Positions 38,758-50,789 of a stretch of DNA of 54,595 bases are shown here, piece after piece. Below the pieces are notes generated by a model. The model was not told where the DNA came from and did not search any database. It saw nothing but the letters and a program-made list of their open reading frames with translations. A program made the translations under genes and the position numbers. Positions within the stretch are counted from its first letter, which is position 1. Every line of letters starts with the position of its first letter. This DNA comes from Octopus bimaculoides. Lineage: Eukaryota. The stretch is taken from the NCBI RefSeq assembly GCF_001194135.2, contig NC_068983.1, positions 92,306,652 through 92,361,246 on the forward strand. The letters are read 5' to 3'.

Positions 38758-41700
38758 GTTCGATTTCGATTTCACTTGCTTCAACAGGCTTCGCAAGCGG
38801 AAAGGTATGCGTAAGTGGGCTGGCTACACTCCTGGCAGAGGCCTTAGATTTAGGTCTCACTTGACTTCTCACGCACAGCATATTTCTCGGTCAGAAGTCA
38901 TCACCTCGGTGACGCCCAATGTTCGAAGGTCGTGCCTCACCACCTACCTTGGCCTACCTGTTCCACAGGTTACCTCAACTGCTAGGGTGTGGCACTTTTC
39001 CAAACAGCTATCCTCATCCATTCTCGCTACATGACCAGACCAGCGCAATCGTCTCTCTTGCACACCACATCTGATGCTTCGTAAGTTCAACTTTTCTCTC
39101 AAGGAACTAACACTCTGTCTAATATGCACACTGATATTACACATCCATCAGAGCATACTGGCTTCATTCCTTGCGAGCTTACGCATGTCCTCAGCAGTCA
39201 CGGCCCATGTTTCACTGCGATGAAGCATGGCTGTTCCTACACATGCGTCATACAGTCTGCCTTTTACTTTGAGTGAGAGACCCCTTGTCACCAGCAGAGG
39301 TAAGATCTCTCTGAACTTTGCCCAGGCTATTCTTATTCTAGCAGCTACACTTTCAGCACACCCTCCCCCACTACTAACTTGGTCACCTAGATAGCGGAAG
39401 CTATCAACCACTTCTAGTTTTTCTCCCTGGAATGTGGCAGAAGTTGTTTTCTGCACATTTACAGTGTTTATTGCTCCTGAACATCTGTTACATACAAAAA
39501 CTAACTTCCTAGTTAACCTTCCTTTGATATTGCTGCACTTCTTATGTGTCCAAAGCTTGCACTTGGTGCATCTTATAGAGTTTCTGCCTACGCCTTTTCT
39601 ACAGATCGAGCAGGGCCATCTATCTGAAGGGGTTTGTGTTTTGTCTANNNNNNNNNNNNNNNNNNNNNNNNNNNNNNNNNNNNNNNNNNNNNNNNNNNNN
39701 NNNNNNNNNNNNNNNNNNNNNNNNNNNNNNNNNNNNNNNNNNNNNNNNNNNNNNNNNNNNNNNNNNNNNNNNNNNNNNNNNNNNNNNNNNNNNNNNNNNN
39801 NNNNNNNNNNNNNNNNNNNNNNNNNNNNNNNNNNNNNNNNNNNNNNNNNNNNNNNNNNNNNNNNNNNNNNNNNNNNNNNNNNNNNNNNNNNNNACCTTTG
39901 TAGCAGTTGACAATGGTGCTGCTACACCAGTCATTGGGTATGACTCCTTCGTGTATCACCTGGTTAAGAATACGGGTGACTAGGCTATAGCCAACACTGC
40001 CAGATAATTTGAGCATCTCTGCAGTGATTCCTGATGGGCCGGGGGCCTCCCCTGTCTTCATATTCTTAATTGCTTTATCTACCATGGTACCGTCAACTCG
40101 GATAGCTGGTCCCTCTGTTGGGTCAACATTCGGCAGACTCTCTTTCTCCCATTCATTCTCTTTATTGAGCAATCTTTTGTAGTGGTGTCTCCAAACCTCT
40201 TTCTTTGCAGCCTCGTTTAGTGCAAGCGTACCAACATCCATGCGAACACATTTCTCTCCCACGACGTCTATCTCACACACTGTCTTGCAACACGAAATAC
40301 TTCAAGTCTTTGTTCCTCACGGCGCAGAACAGTGGCAAATTTTTTCTTATCTGCTTCCCCTCTGGCTAAATTAACCTGTCGCTTAGCTTCCCTTCTGGCA
40401 GTCTGATACAATTCCCTGCTACCACCGTTCTTCCAGTCCTTCCAAGCCTGTTTCTTTTGTCTAATAGCCCTGTCAACAATATTGTTCCACCACCACATTA
40501 TTCTGGGTCGAGAGGGGACTTTGAACCTTCCACAGATCTGGTCAGTGGCCCTCAGCAGGTTGTCCCTTAGAAACAACCAGTTGTCTTCTACATTGTGTGA
40601 AACTACATTCCCCTCTATTTCGTCAAAGGCTGCGAGTTATAAGTCTCTGAATCTCTGTCCATTCGCATGATCTTTGAACTTCCAGACCCTTCTCCNNNNN
40701 NNNNNNNNNNNNNNNNNNNNNNNNNNNNNNNNNNNNNNNNNNNNNNNNNNNNNNNNNNNNNNNNNNNNNNNNNNNNNNNNNNNNNNNNNNNNNNNNNNNN
40801 NNNNNNNNNNNNNNNNNNNNNNNNNNNNNNNNNNNNNNNNNNNNNNNNNNNNNNNNNNNNNNNNNNNNNNNNNNNNNNNNNNNNNNNNNNNNNNNNNNNN
40901 NNNNNNNNNNNNNNNNNNNNNNNNNNNNNNNNNNNNNNNNNNNNNNNNNNNNNNNNNCGTCTTCTGGGCAACCACTTAGCCCTGATCCTGAAGTCACTAA
41001 CTACTAGTCTATGTTGTGGGGTACATTCTTCGCCTGAGAAGGTTTTGGCATTTACAAGCAGCCATCTTTCCTTTTTCCTGGCGAGGATATAGTCAATTTG
41101 GCTAGTGTGCTTGCCAGAACGGTAGGTGACTCGGTAACTGGCAGGTTTCCTGAAGTTAGTATTGTAGACCATAAGGTCATTTGCATCACAGAACTCCAGC
41201 AGCCTGGTTCCCTCCTCATTGCGGGAACCAAAACCATAGTCTCCATGTACGCCATAGAAGCCCCCTGAATGTTGTCCAACATGACCATTGAAGTCACTGG
41301 CCACAAAGAGAAGGTCCCTGTCATTCGTTGACGAGGTAGTCTGCAGGCGAGAGTCATAAAATTGGTCTTTCTGTCCGTCAGGTAGCCCGGGCCGAGGGGC
41401 ATAGGCCTAGATAATGGTTGCTAACCCATGGTGAAGGACTAATCTAATCTTAAGTATTCAATCACATACTCTAACTACCTCGATTACCTTATCCACCCAT
41501 TTCTCTGCAAGAAGTATACCCACGCCCCCCAACCCCACTTGTGTTTCCTGCCCAGAAAATTTTGTACCTGTGTTCTTTGCCTGTGAGGAACCTAGTGGTA
41601 CCTCCTCTCCACCTTACTTCTTGGAGGCAGAAGATATCGACACATCTCCGTTCAAGCATCTCAACAATCTCACCAGACCTATCTTTCAGTGTGCCGACAT

Positions 41701-41800
41701 TAAGAGTGCCAACCCTGAAGGTGTGGGAGGTATGGGCCCGTGGACCCTGGGGCGGGGAACAGCAGTGTCATGTACCTGAAAAGAAAGTTCGCATTTTGCA
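38758..41800 (-). mobile_element. Near full-length RTE LINE (APE endonuclease, RT, PHD finger, thumb) with two N gaps
   Basis: TFRVGTLNVGTLKDRSGEIVEMLERRCVDIFCLQEVRW (APE N-terminus); SDFNGHVG...GTRLLEFCD...QIDYIL...PQHRLVVSDF; GEAPGPSGITAEMLK...WCSSTIVNCYKG; LEVVDSFRYLGD...LLHRSETWA; RRLRWSGHVARM. A few frameshifts. Confidence 0.93.
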
Positions 41801-41974
41801 GAATTCATAACAATCAGGAGCATTCATTTCAGCCAGCATCTACTATACTATCGTATTTTGCACCATATGATCTCTACCTTACATAGGGGATATATACATC
41901 AACGTATGTATATATGGATATATTTGTGTATTATATGTGTGTATCTATATATGTATGTATTATATATATATATA

Positions 41975-42250
41975 TCTATATATATATAAAGCTGAGAATG
42001 TGTGTGATGGTATGTGTGCATCACTAAAACTCGAGAACTACCCAACGGATTTCATTCAAATTTTACACATGCCATACTTTGGGTCCATGCAGTGTCAAAA
42101 ATTTTCAGCTTCTTGCCTAATTCGAGCCCGGAGTAATCTCTTATCTCTTACACTGTCTCTTGTCTCTTATCTTTCAAAAGTGAAACAATAACATCTCTAT
42201 CAATACTTTCACTATTATATGGCTTCAATTTTAATTACATTCAATGTGTT
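41975..42250 (+). mobile_element. Probable Helitron 5' end
   Basis: Starts TC-TATATATATATAAAGCTGAGAATGTGTGTG...GAACTACCCAACGGATTTCATTCAAATTT, the layout I associate with animal Helitron 5' termini. No 3' end is visible before the gap. Confidence 0.5.
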
Positions 42251-42274
42251 TATGTACATGTTTGTATATGTATA

Positions 42275-42338
<64 letters not shown>

Positions 42339-42599
42339 TATATNNNNNNNNNNNNNNNNNNNNNNNNNNNNNNNNNNNNNNNNNNNNNNNNNNNNNNNNN
42401 NNNNNNNNNNNNNNNNNNNNNNNNNNNNNNNNNNNNNNNNNNNNNNNNNNNNNNNNNNNNNNNNNNNNNNNNNNNNNNNNNNNNNNNNNNNNNNNNNNNN
42501 NNNNNNNNNNNNNNNNNNNNNNNNNNNNNNNNNNNNNNNNNNNNNNNNNNNNNNNNNNNNNNNNNNNNNNNNNNNNNNNNNNNNNNNNNNNNNNNNNNN

Positions 42600-43521
42600 A
42601 TTTCACTCCGGAATAAGTTCTACAACCATAAGATGCATTTGATCAGATAAAATGCTTAAATAGTCATGACTATTAATTCTACCATGAAGGGAAACCATTG
42701 GGCTGGCAGATTTCCAAGATATAGCCCGCCCCCCCCACTACCACACCCAGATCATCACAGATTCTCCTCCATGTTTAACAGTTGGAAGAAGGCAGTCTGG
42801 GTCAAATGTTTCTTTTGGCTCTCTCCACACAGACTCTCAGCCAGTGGTCAGAAATAAGGTAAAGGATGACTCGTCCGAGAAAATAACATTCTTCCACTGT
42901 ACTAGGGAACAATTCTGTAGGTTTTTACTCCACTCTAAACGCTTTGCAATGTTTGTTTTTGAAAGTAGTGGTTTTCTGATTGCAGCCCTCCTGTGAAATC
43001 TGACTGTGTGTAGCTCCCAGCGAACAGTTTTTGAGGAAACTGATATCGAGGTGGTCATTAAGGTCTGCAGTAAGGTTGGGAGCTGTACTTTTGTGATCCT
43101 TTCTAACAATTTATGTAAGTGTCCAATGGTCCCTATCTGAAAGTTTGAGTTTTCTTCCAGGGTTTTGTTTTGATGAGGCGGTTTTTCCTTCTTTCTCAAA
43201 GGGTGTCATTGCTTGAGACAGTACTTCTTGATACACCAAACATTTTGGCTGTTTTCATTACGCTAGCACCTGCCATATGCGCGCCAACAATTTGACCTCT
43301 TTGAAAGTCCGATAGATCTGTCATTTTTTTTTATCTGTCAATTTTAATTACCTTTTTCTGATAATATCTGAAAAGAAACAGCAATTTTAGCAAAACATAT
43401 TAAGCAACACGAATAATAAATCAAAAAACATAAAAATTAACAAGTTGTTGGCAGTTTTATAGATATTTCAAATTTATGATGCTATGATGCTAGGTGTTTC
43501 CATCATTTTGTGCAACCCTTG
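42600..43521 (-). mobile_element. Tc1-family transposon with a disrupted transposase; 3' end in the N gap
   Basis: TIR CAAGGGTTGCACAAAATGATGGAAACACC next to TA at 43522. ATG at 43324: MTDLSDFQRGQIVGAHMAGAS..TAKMFGVSRSTVS (HTH); RKPLLSK...RLEW...WKNVIFSDES (first catalytic D); PTVKHGGESVMIW. Confidence 0.92.
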
Positions 43522-43630
43522 TATATATGTGTGTATATATATGTATGTATATGTGTATATGTACATATATGTGTGTGTATATATATATATGTGTGTATAT
43601 ATATATATATGTATGTGTATATATATATAT

Positions 43631-43903
43631 GGTGCCAAAGGTACCGTCCACTGCATCTCACATAAGAACGAGATACTGCAGCAGCCTCGGTTTCAGAGGA
43701 CCTCAGCTCTTCAATGCCCTGCCAAAACATTTGAGAGACATGCAAGACATGGATGCGGAGGTCTTCAAGACAAAACTTGACGCTTTCCTCTCCACGATAC
43801 TAGACGAACCAATGGCTCGTAATGAGACGCAGTTTAGGGCAGCTGTGTCAAATTCTCTTATACACCAGATGTGCCATCAAAACTCTTGATTGGACCAAGT
43901 CAG
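43631..43903 (+). mobile_element. CR1/L2-group LINE ORF2 3' end
   Basis: SLGFRGPQLFNALPKHLRDM...FKTKLDAFLSTILDEP...AAVSNSLIHQM* matches the LFN.LP..R...FK..LD.FL...DEP...NSL C-terminal motif. Confidence 0.75.
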
Positions 43904-44132
43904 NNNNNNNNNNNNNNNNNNNNNNNNNNNNNNNNNNNNNNNNNNNNNNNNNNNNNNNNNNNNNNNNNNNNNNNNNNNNNNNNNNNNNNNNNNNNNNNNN
44001 NNNNNNNNNNNNNNNNNNNNNNNNNNNNNNNNNNNNNNNNNNNNNNNNNNNNNNNNNNNNNNNNNNNNNNNNNNNNNNNNNNNNNNNNNNNNNNNNNNNN
44101 NNNNNTATATATATATATATATATATATATTA

Positions 44133-44356
44133 TGCGTGTGTATTTGTGTCTGTGTTTGTTCCAGTCTACCATCACTTAGAAACCAATGTTGGCGTGTTTA
44201 CATACATGTAACTTAGTGGTTCGACCTTAGATGTCGATAAAATAAGCACCAGGCTTACAACAAATAAGTCCAGGGTCGGATTTCTTCAACTAAAAGGCGG
44301 TGCTCCAGCATTGCCACACTCAAATGACTGAAGCAAATAACAGAGTAAAAGAGTAA
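44133..44356 (+). mobile_element. SINE family 1, 3' half (5' part in the gap)
   Basis: catgtaacttagtggttcg...aaggcggtgctccagcatt...gactgaagcaaataacagagtaaaagag. Confidence 0.8.
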
Positions 44357-44898
44357 TATATACATATATATACACACATGTTTATATAAAGGTAAATTTT
44401 CTTGTAAAGTGTATTTTTAAGTATACTTCACAATATATGGAGTGTTCTAAGAAGTATTCATTGTGAGCTAAATCAAAGGATAAGGGAAAGTTTAGAAGGA
44501 ACAAATCCAGTTAATCAAATACAAATACCAAAGCATAATTCTAAACACACAACTAAATAAATATACATATAAATTCACAAATTCGTGAACAAAATTACAT
44601 GTAAAAGTCATATGTGAAAACTATGCATCATGTACGTTGGGTTCAAGTACCGAATTGAGGAGTGACAAATTAAGAGATCAAAGTTCGAGGTACGGGCTTC
44701 CAACAGGAGCTGTTCGAATCAAGAATTTTATGTTTATACGAAATGTCGGATGAGGGTAAAAAAAAATGTAGATAAATAGATAGATAAAACAAATATATAC
44801 AGATTTGGGTAAATTTGGATAAAGGATATCATCTACAGCCATTTCAGGAGTACAATAAGTTTATAAATGGTATAAGTATTCCAAATACAGAAACATAA

Positions 44899-44950
<52 letters not shown>

Positions 44951-44961
44951 TATGAGCAAGA

Positions 44962-45342
44962 TCATTCATCGCCTTCCTGGCACAAGTGCCAGTGGCACGT
45001 GAAAAGACATTCGAGCAAGATCGTTGACAGAGCCGATGGGCTGGCCCCTATGCAGATGACACATAAAATACACCATTTCGAGCGTGGCCATTGATCGTTA
45101 CCAACGTTGCCTCCCTGGCATGTGGAAAGACATTCGAGCGAGATCATTGCCAGTGCCGATGGACAGGTGGCACGTAAAACACCCACTACACTCTCGGAGT
45201 TGTTTGCATTAGGAAGGGCATCCAGCTGTAGAAACTCTGCCAAATCAGATTGGAGCCTTATGTCGCCTCCTGGTCCACTAGTCCTCAGTCAAATCGTCCA
45301 ACCCATGCTAGCATGAAAAACGGACGTTAAACGATGATGATG
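44962..45342 (+). mobile_element. RTE 3'-end-derived element
   Basis: ...aggaagggcatccagctgtagaaactctgcc...ggacgttaaacgatgatgatg. Confidence 0.85.
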
Positions 45343-45354
45343 TGTATATATACA

Positions 45355-45411
<57 letters not shown>

Positions 45412-45672
45412 NNNNNNNNNNNNNNNNNNNNNNNNNNNNNNNNNNNNNNNNNNNNNNNNNNNNNNNNNNNNNNNNNNNNNNNNNNNNNNNNNNNNNNNNN
45501 NNNNNNNNNNNNNNNNNNNNNNNNNNNNNNNNNNNNNNNNNNNNNNNNNNNNNNNNNNNNNNNNNNNNNNNNNNNNNNNNNNNNNNNNNNNNNNNNNNNN
45601 NNNNNNNNNNNNNNNNNNNNNNNNNNNNNNNNNNNNNNNNNNNNNNNNNNNNNNNNNNNNNNNNNNNNNNNN

Positions 45673-45711
<39 letters not shown>

Positions 45712-45756
45712 GTGTATACATATATATGTGTGTGTATATATATGTATGTATATATA

Positions 45757-45799
<43 letters not shown>

Positions 45800-45821
45800 G
45801 TATATATATATATATATATAT
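45343..45821. repeat. (TA)n/(TG)n compound microsatellite spanning an N gap
   Basis: Seen directly; explains the YIYI ORFs at 45289-45980. Confidence 0.95.
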
Positions 45822-46095
45822 TGTAGCCTGTGGCAGATCAAAGCCTTGTGAGTGGATTTCGTACACGAGAACTGAAAGAAGACTGTTGTATATGTGTCTC
45901 TGTTTGTACCCCCACCATTGCTTGATTACCATTGCTGCTGTGTTTATGTTCCCATAACTTAGCGGTTCAGCAAAAGGCATTGATAGAATAAGTACTAGAC
46001 TTACAAAGAATAAATCCTGTGGTCGATTTTTTTGACCAAAGTTTGTGCTATGGTATGGCCACTGTCACATCACTGAAACAAGTAAAACAATAAAA
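45822..46095 (+). mobile_element. SINE family 1, 5'-truncated
   Basis: aaagccttgtgagtggattt...gatagaataagtactagacttacaaagaataa...actgaaacaagtaaaa. Confidence 0.8.
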
Positions 46096-46139
46096 AAACT
46101 ATGCCATTTTAATCCCAAGCATCTCTGCTAGTATATATA

Positions 46140-46190
<51 letters not shown>

Positions 46191-46673
46191 CAAAGTAGGG
46201 GTTATAATCTAAGCTGTGCTTTTGTGAAACATGTCTACACATCACACAAACCAAATGTAATTATTTAGATGTTTTATTTTAAATGAGGCATACATAGCAT
46301 TTGAAAACTCTGGGGTATTATATTTGCAGGGTAAATGATCATCATCTTCATTATCAAAGATTGGATGATTTGGTATATTTTTAATTCCATGTTAGATGTG
46401 TTTTATTACAGAATAGGAGTTACAAGGTATATACATTTACAAAACATATATAAGATCTATACATGTAGAAAACATATATAAGATCTCCAATCAATAATCC
46501 ATTTCACAAAAATTAAAAAATAATACAAATTTACAGTAGATGAAACTGAAGTTTAAAGTTTAAGGATTAATCAGGGTTATATTGACTTAGAGAGAGAAAA
46601 AAGTTTTATTACATGTAAGTTATACAAATAGGAGGAACAAATAATTATATATGTATGTTGAATATATTTAAGA

Positions 46674-47032
46674 GGCTCAGTCCCACTGTGTGGCACCTTG
46701 GGGAAATGTTTTCTGCTATAGTCTTGGGCTGGCCAAAGCGTTGTGAGTGGATTTAGTAGGAGGAAACTGAAAGAAGCACATTGTATCTATATGTGTGTAT
46801 ATATATATGTGTGTGTGTGTGTGTCTGTGTGTCTGTGTTTGCCCCTCCCCCCTCACTGCATGACAACTAGTGTTGGTGTGTTTACTTCTACATAAGTTAG
46901 TGGCTTGGCAAAAGAGACCAATACAATAAGTACTAGGCTTAAAAAAGTCCTGGGGTTGATTTGTTCAACTAAAACTCTCCAATGTGGTGTGCCAGCATAG
47001 CCACAGTCAAATGACTGAAACAAGTAAAAGAT
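46674..47032 (+). mobile_element. SINE family 1 lacking its first ~50 nt
   Basis: ggctcagtcccactgtgtggcaccttgggg...atgactgaaacaagtaaaagat. Confidence 0.85.
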
Positions 47033-48069
47033 AAATTATGTATATATATAAATCTCTTGAGCACTACGAAGTATATTCTATACAGGGAATATCTGTATCA
47101 CATCTATAAACTATATTTTGCAAAAACATTCTGCATTGTTAGACAGTTTGTTTTAGTTTCTTGATGCTTGTTTTCGTTTATTTCATGTTATTACTGTTTA
47201 TATTATATAGATTAGACAAACAAAAATACGAATTAGATTAGATTAGTTCTCTTATGTTTTCTATTAGAATAGGACAGTATGGTTTTTCGTATGCTTCTAC
47301 ATTTATATGATAATATATAGCTTGAAACATTAGTTTATAATATTATGTAGCTTAGGGTATATTGATAATAATAATTACAGTAAAACTTCTAAACGTAAGT
47401 TATAAACAGTTTTCATTGATAATAATAATAATAGTAAAAGTTCTAAATCTTAATATAAGTTATAAATGGTGTCCATCCTGCAAAAACGTTATGCCCACCC
47501 GCATGCCTCCACCTCCACCATTTACTTATAAAGGTACATGACTGAGTACATGTGCCTGTCAGCTTACCATATCAGTGTCTCTTTGTATTTAAGTGAAGCT
47601 TAAATGTTAGTATGGGTGTATGTGTTTATGAGTACATATGTATATGATTATGTGTGTATATATGTATATATTTATATCTATGTGTACCTGTGTGTGGACT
47701 ATATGTTCATATGTGTGTATGTATATATGGGTATATGGCTGTATTTATGTCTATATGTTAGTTTATGTGGACTATGTAGGTGTGAGTGTGGCTGTATGAG
47801 TATATATGTATAAGTGTGTGTGTTTGTATATGACTATGTGAGATTCATAACATGCTGTGTAGTGTTTGTATATGTAGACATATGATATATGTGTGCATTA
47901 GCATATAAGGTTAATTCTGGGTATGTATAAATGGATATACATGACTACTTTCATGCCCTTCTTACCCCTCTCTCTGCTGGGTCTTAATCTGCATGCTGTA
48001 TGGGAGTGAGAAAATTGTACTTCATTGAATTGAATACATGCTGTGGCAAGGTATGTATGTGTGTGTGTG

Positions 48070-48109
<40 letters not shown>

Positions 48110-48249
48110 GTTTGAGGGTAAATAAGTTTCATTAAGGGACAGTAATATCCAATGAATTACTGGTTCATTACCTAATATTTGTTGTGAATAGTAATTATAT
48201 TACTCATAAATAATAGGTAATTAGATAAACCAAGGATTATATTTATTCA

Positions 48250-48760
48250 AGAAAAATAAGAAAATAGAGATACACCAGTTAATAAGTATATTAACTACAA
48301 AAATGAACATAATCTGTTACAACTGTTTCAATTCGTACCTTAAAGATTGTAATTGTGATTATTAAATCATTTTATAAAACAGAATCTCATCAGAGGCAGA
48401 AAAAAGATATACCATTAAATGGGATATAATAGCTTCAGTACCTTCTTATAAAGTTAATAATAAAAAGTGTTTTCTTTGTTTAAATGAGAAATTTTTTATT
48501 CAGAATGTTTTTGCAAAATATAGTTTATAGATGTGATACAGATATTCCCTGTATAGAATAACCCTTTATTAACCTTAGAGATGAAAGAATTCTTGTTTAT
48601 ACATGGGAAAAGATGTATTATCTCATAATAAACTAATTACCTCTCTCACCACTGTAGTTGTACACACATTAACCCATAACCCCTGCTATCACTTTTATTT
48701 ACTACATTGTTGAGAAATTAAACTACTTATTAACAGAGTCCATATAGTATATTATATTGA
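48250..48760 (-). mobile_element. Probable Penelope-like 3' remnant with a hammerhead-like terminal repeat
   Basis: 48252-48421 is an inverted copy of 50277-50447 and carries CTGATGA...GAAA. Protein relics are weak (VYNYSGERGN). Left and right limits are uncertain. Confidence 0.45.
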
Positions 48761-49116
48761 TAATTCTATACTTTGATATTATAACTATAGCATTATATTT
48801 ATTTTCTAAAAATACCCTCTCCATCAAAATACTTTCCCAATTTTTTAAAAGTAGCAATTACTAATTTCATTAACTTAATATCCGTTTGCATTTCCCATTC
48901 TTAATTAATACTACCTATACACACCCATCTCTCCCTCTCCTTAGATATACTATTAATATATATACCCCCCCCCCAACTTATTACCTTACCTTACTATTTT
49001 TTACCTAACTGTTTTTATTTATTAACCCAATATATATATATATATTTATTTTTCCAAACCTGTAAATATATATATATTTTTAAAAATACATTATTTATAA
49101 TCATTTTATATATAAG

Positions 49117-49284
49117 CACCCACTACACTCTCTGAGTGGTTGGCGTTAGGAAGGGCATCCAGCTGTAGAAACTCTGCCAAATCAGACTGGAGCCTGGTGT
49201 TGCCATCCGGTTTCACCAGTCCTCAGTCAAATCGTCCAACCCATGCTAGCATGGAAAGCGGATGTTAAACGATGATGATGATGA
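49117..49284 (+). mobile_element. RTE 3'-end-derived element, short and well conserved
   Basis: cacccactacactctctgagtggttggcgttaggaagggcatcc...gatgttaaacgatgatgatgatgat. Confidence 0.88.
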
Positions 49285-49939
49285 TATATTACTAAGCTAA
49301 AATAACTATTCACATTTACCTCCCCTTGACCACTGTTTTTTTTTTTGTAAACATAAGTGTTTCATCCCCTAAATACAAACTTATTAATATTTTTCTTTGA
49401 TAAAAAACCATCTCCTTGTTCTCTTATTGTATACATAACATATTTATTTATTTATTTATTTTACTGTTACTGGATTTTCCAAATGAATAGAAATGCTATT
49501 TATTTTTAAAATAAATTACCAATAGAATTCCTTTGACTTGCTTGGTCAATACAAAATATATTTAGGGGTGTCAGGTTTCTTACCAAAATAAGTATGTATA
49601 ATAAATACATTTTTTAATAATTCACAATTATTTATTATCATGTTTTATTGAACTCTGTTTGAACATAGGTACATTTGCGTATGAATATAGGTTAATACCT
49701 ATATTCATACGCAAATATGATGTATATAATTACATATTTATATATTTTTTCCGCATGTAATTGCTGCATAGATATTTACATATGTTTATTATATATATGT
49801 GTATGAATATGTATAAGCATGTATGCAAGATCAGATAATTTATGTGTCTGTATGCAAGCGTTCTAAAGTATTTATAATTATATGTACACATTCACATATA
49901 TATGCATATATCTATAATTCTATCCCTTTTTTATTTTTT

Positions 49940-50450
49940 ACTTATTGATTTGCACACCTATAAATTTAAGTGAATGTGTACTGAATTTATTGGATAAATA
50001 CTTTTGACTATTGATAACATCTGTTTATACTTACCTCTATAATAACAAAATATAAATATATTTAACCCGTCATTTGTACGATATTTACATGGTAAATTAC
50101 TATATATTATCTATCTCTATACCTGCTAACTATTATCCATAGTATATTAATATATATTTACTTCCTCTCTAAATATACACCCTATGCCCCCCTTGAAAGG
50201 TTTATACCAAATTTGTCCATAAAACAATACCCAGTTTGTTGGAATGTTTCATATAGTTAACATCTGATAACATAATAGTATATCTTTTTTTCTGCCTCTG
50301 ATGAGAGTTTGCTTTATAAAATGATTTAATTATCACAATTACAATCTTTAAGGTACGAATTAAAACAACTGTAAGAGATTATGTTCATTTTTGCAGTTAA
50401 TAAATATACTTACTAATTGATTTATCTCCATTTTCTTATTTTTCTCATAT
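49940..50450 (+). mobile_element. Probable Penelope-like 3' remnant (second, opposite orientation)
   Basis: YKFK*MCTEFIG*I near 49960 resembles the Y.F.C.C...YIGET GIY-YIG start. The terminal repeat at 50277-50447 has CTGATGA at 50298. Confidence 0.45.
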
Positions 50451-50789
50451 ATNNNNNNNNNNNNNNNNNNNNNNNNNNNNNNNNNNNNNNNNNNNNNNNN
50501 NNNNNNNNNNNNNNNNNNNNNNNNNNNNNNNNNNNNNNNNNNNNNNNNNNNNNNNNNNNNNNNNNNNNNNNNNNTATATATATATATAAAGCTACTTCAT
50601 GCCTTCTTACCCCTATCTCTTTACTGGCCCCTTAATCTGCATACTGTATGGGAGGGAGCAAAAAATTATACTTCATTGGATCAAATTCACGATGTACACT
50701 ACACTACCTAACAAATGTTTACTCAGATCTTTTCAAACACAAACAAAAGCCCCTCAACGACTACCTTCCTGTTGTCTCTCCCAAGTAAA

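Noticed and set aside
39648-39893. RT catalytic core apparently missing from the 38758-41800 RTE
   Set aside because: It falls in an N gap. The equivalent stretch in the 50790 copy is about 600 bp against 246 Ns, so the gap is probably under-sized rather than a real deletion.
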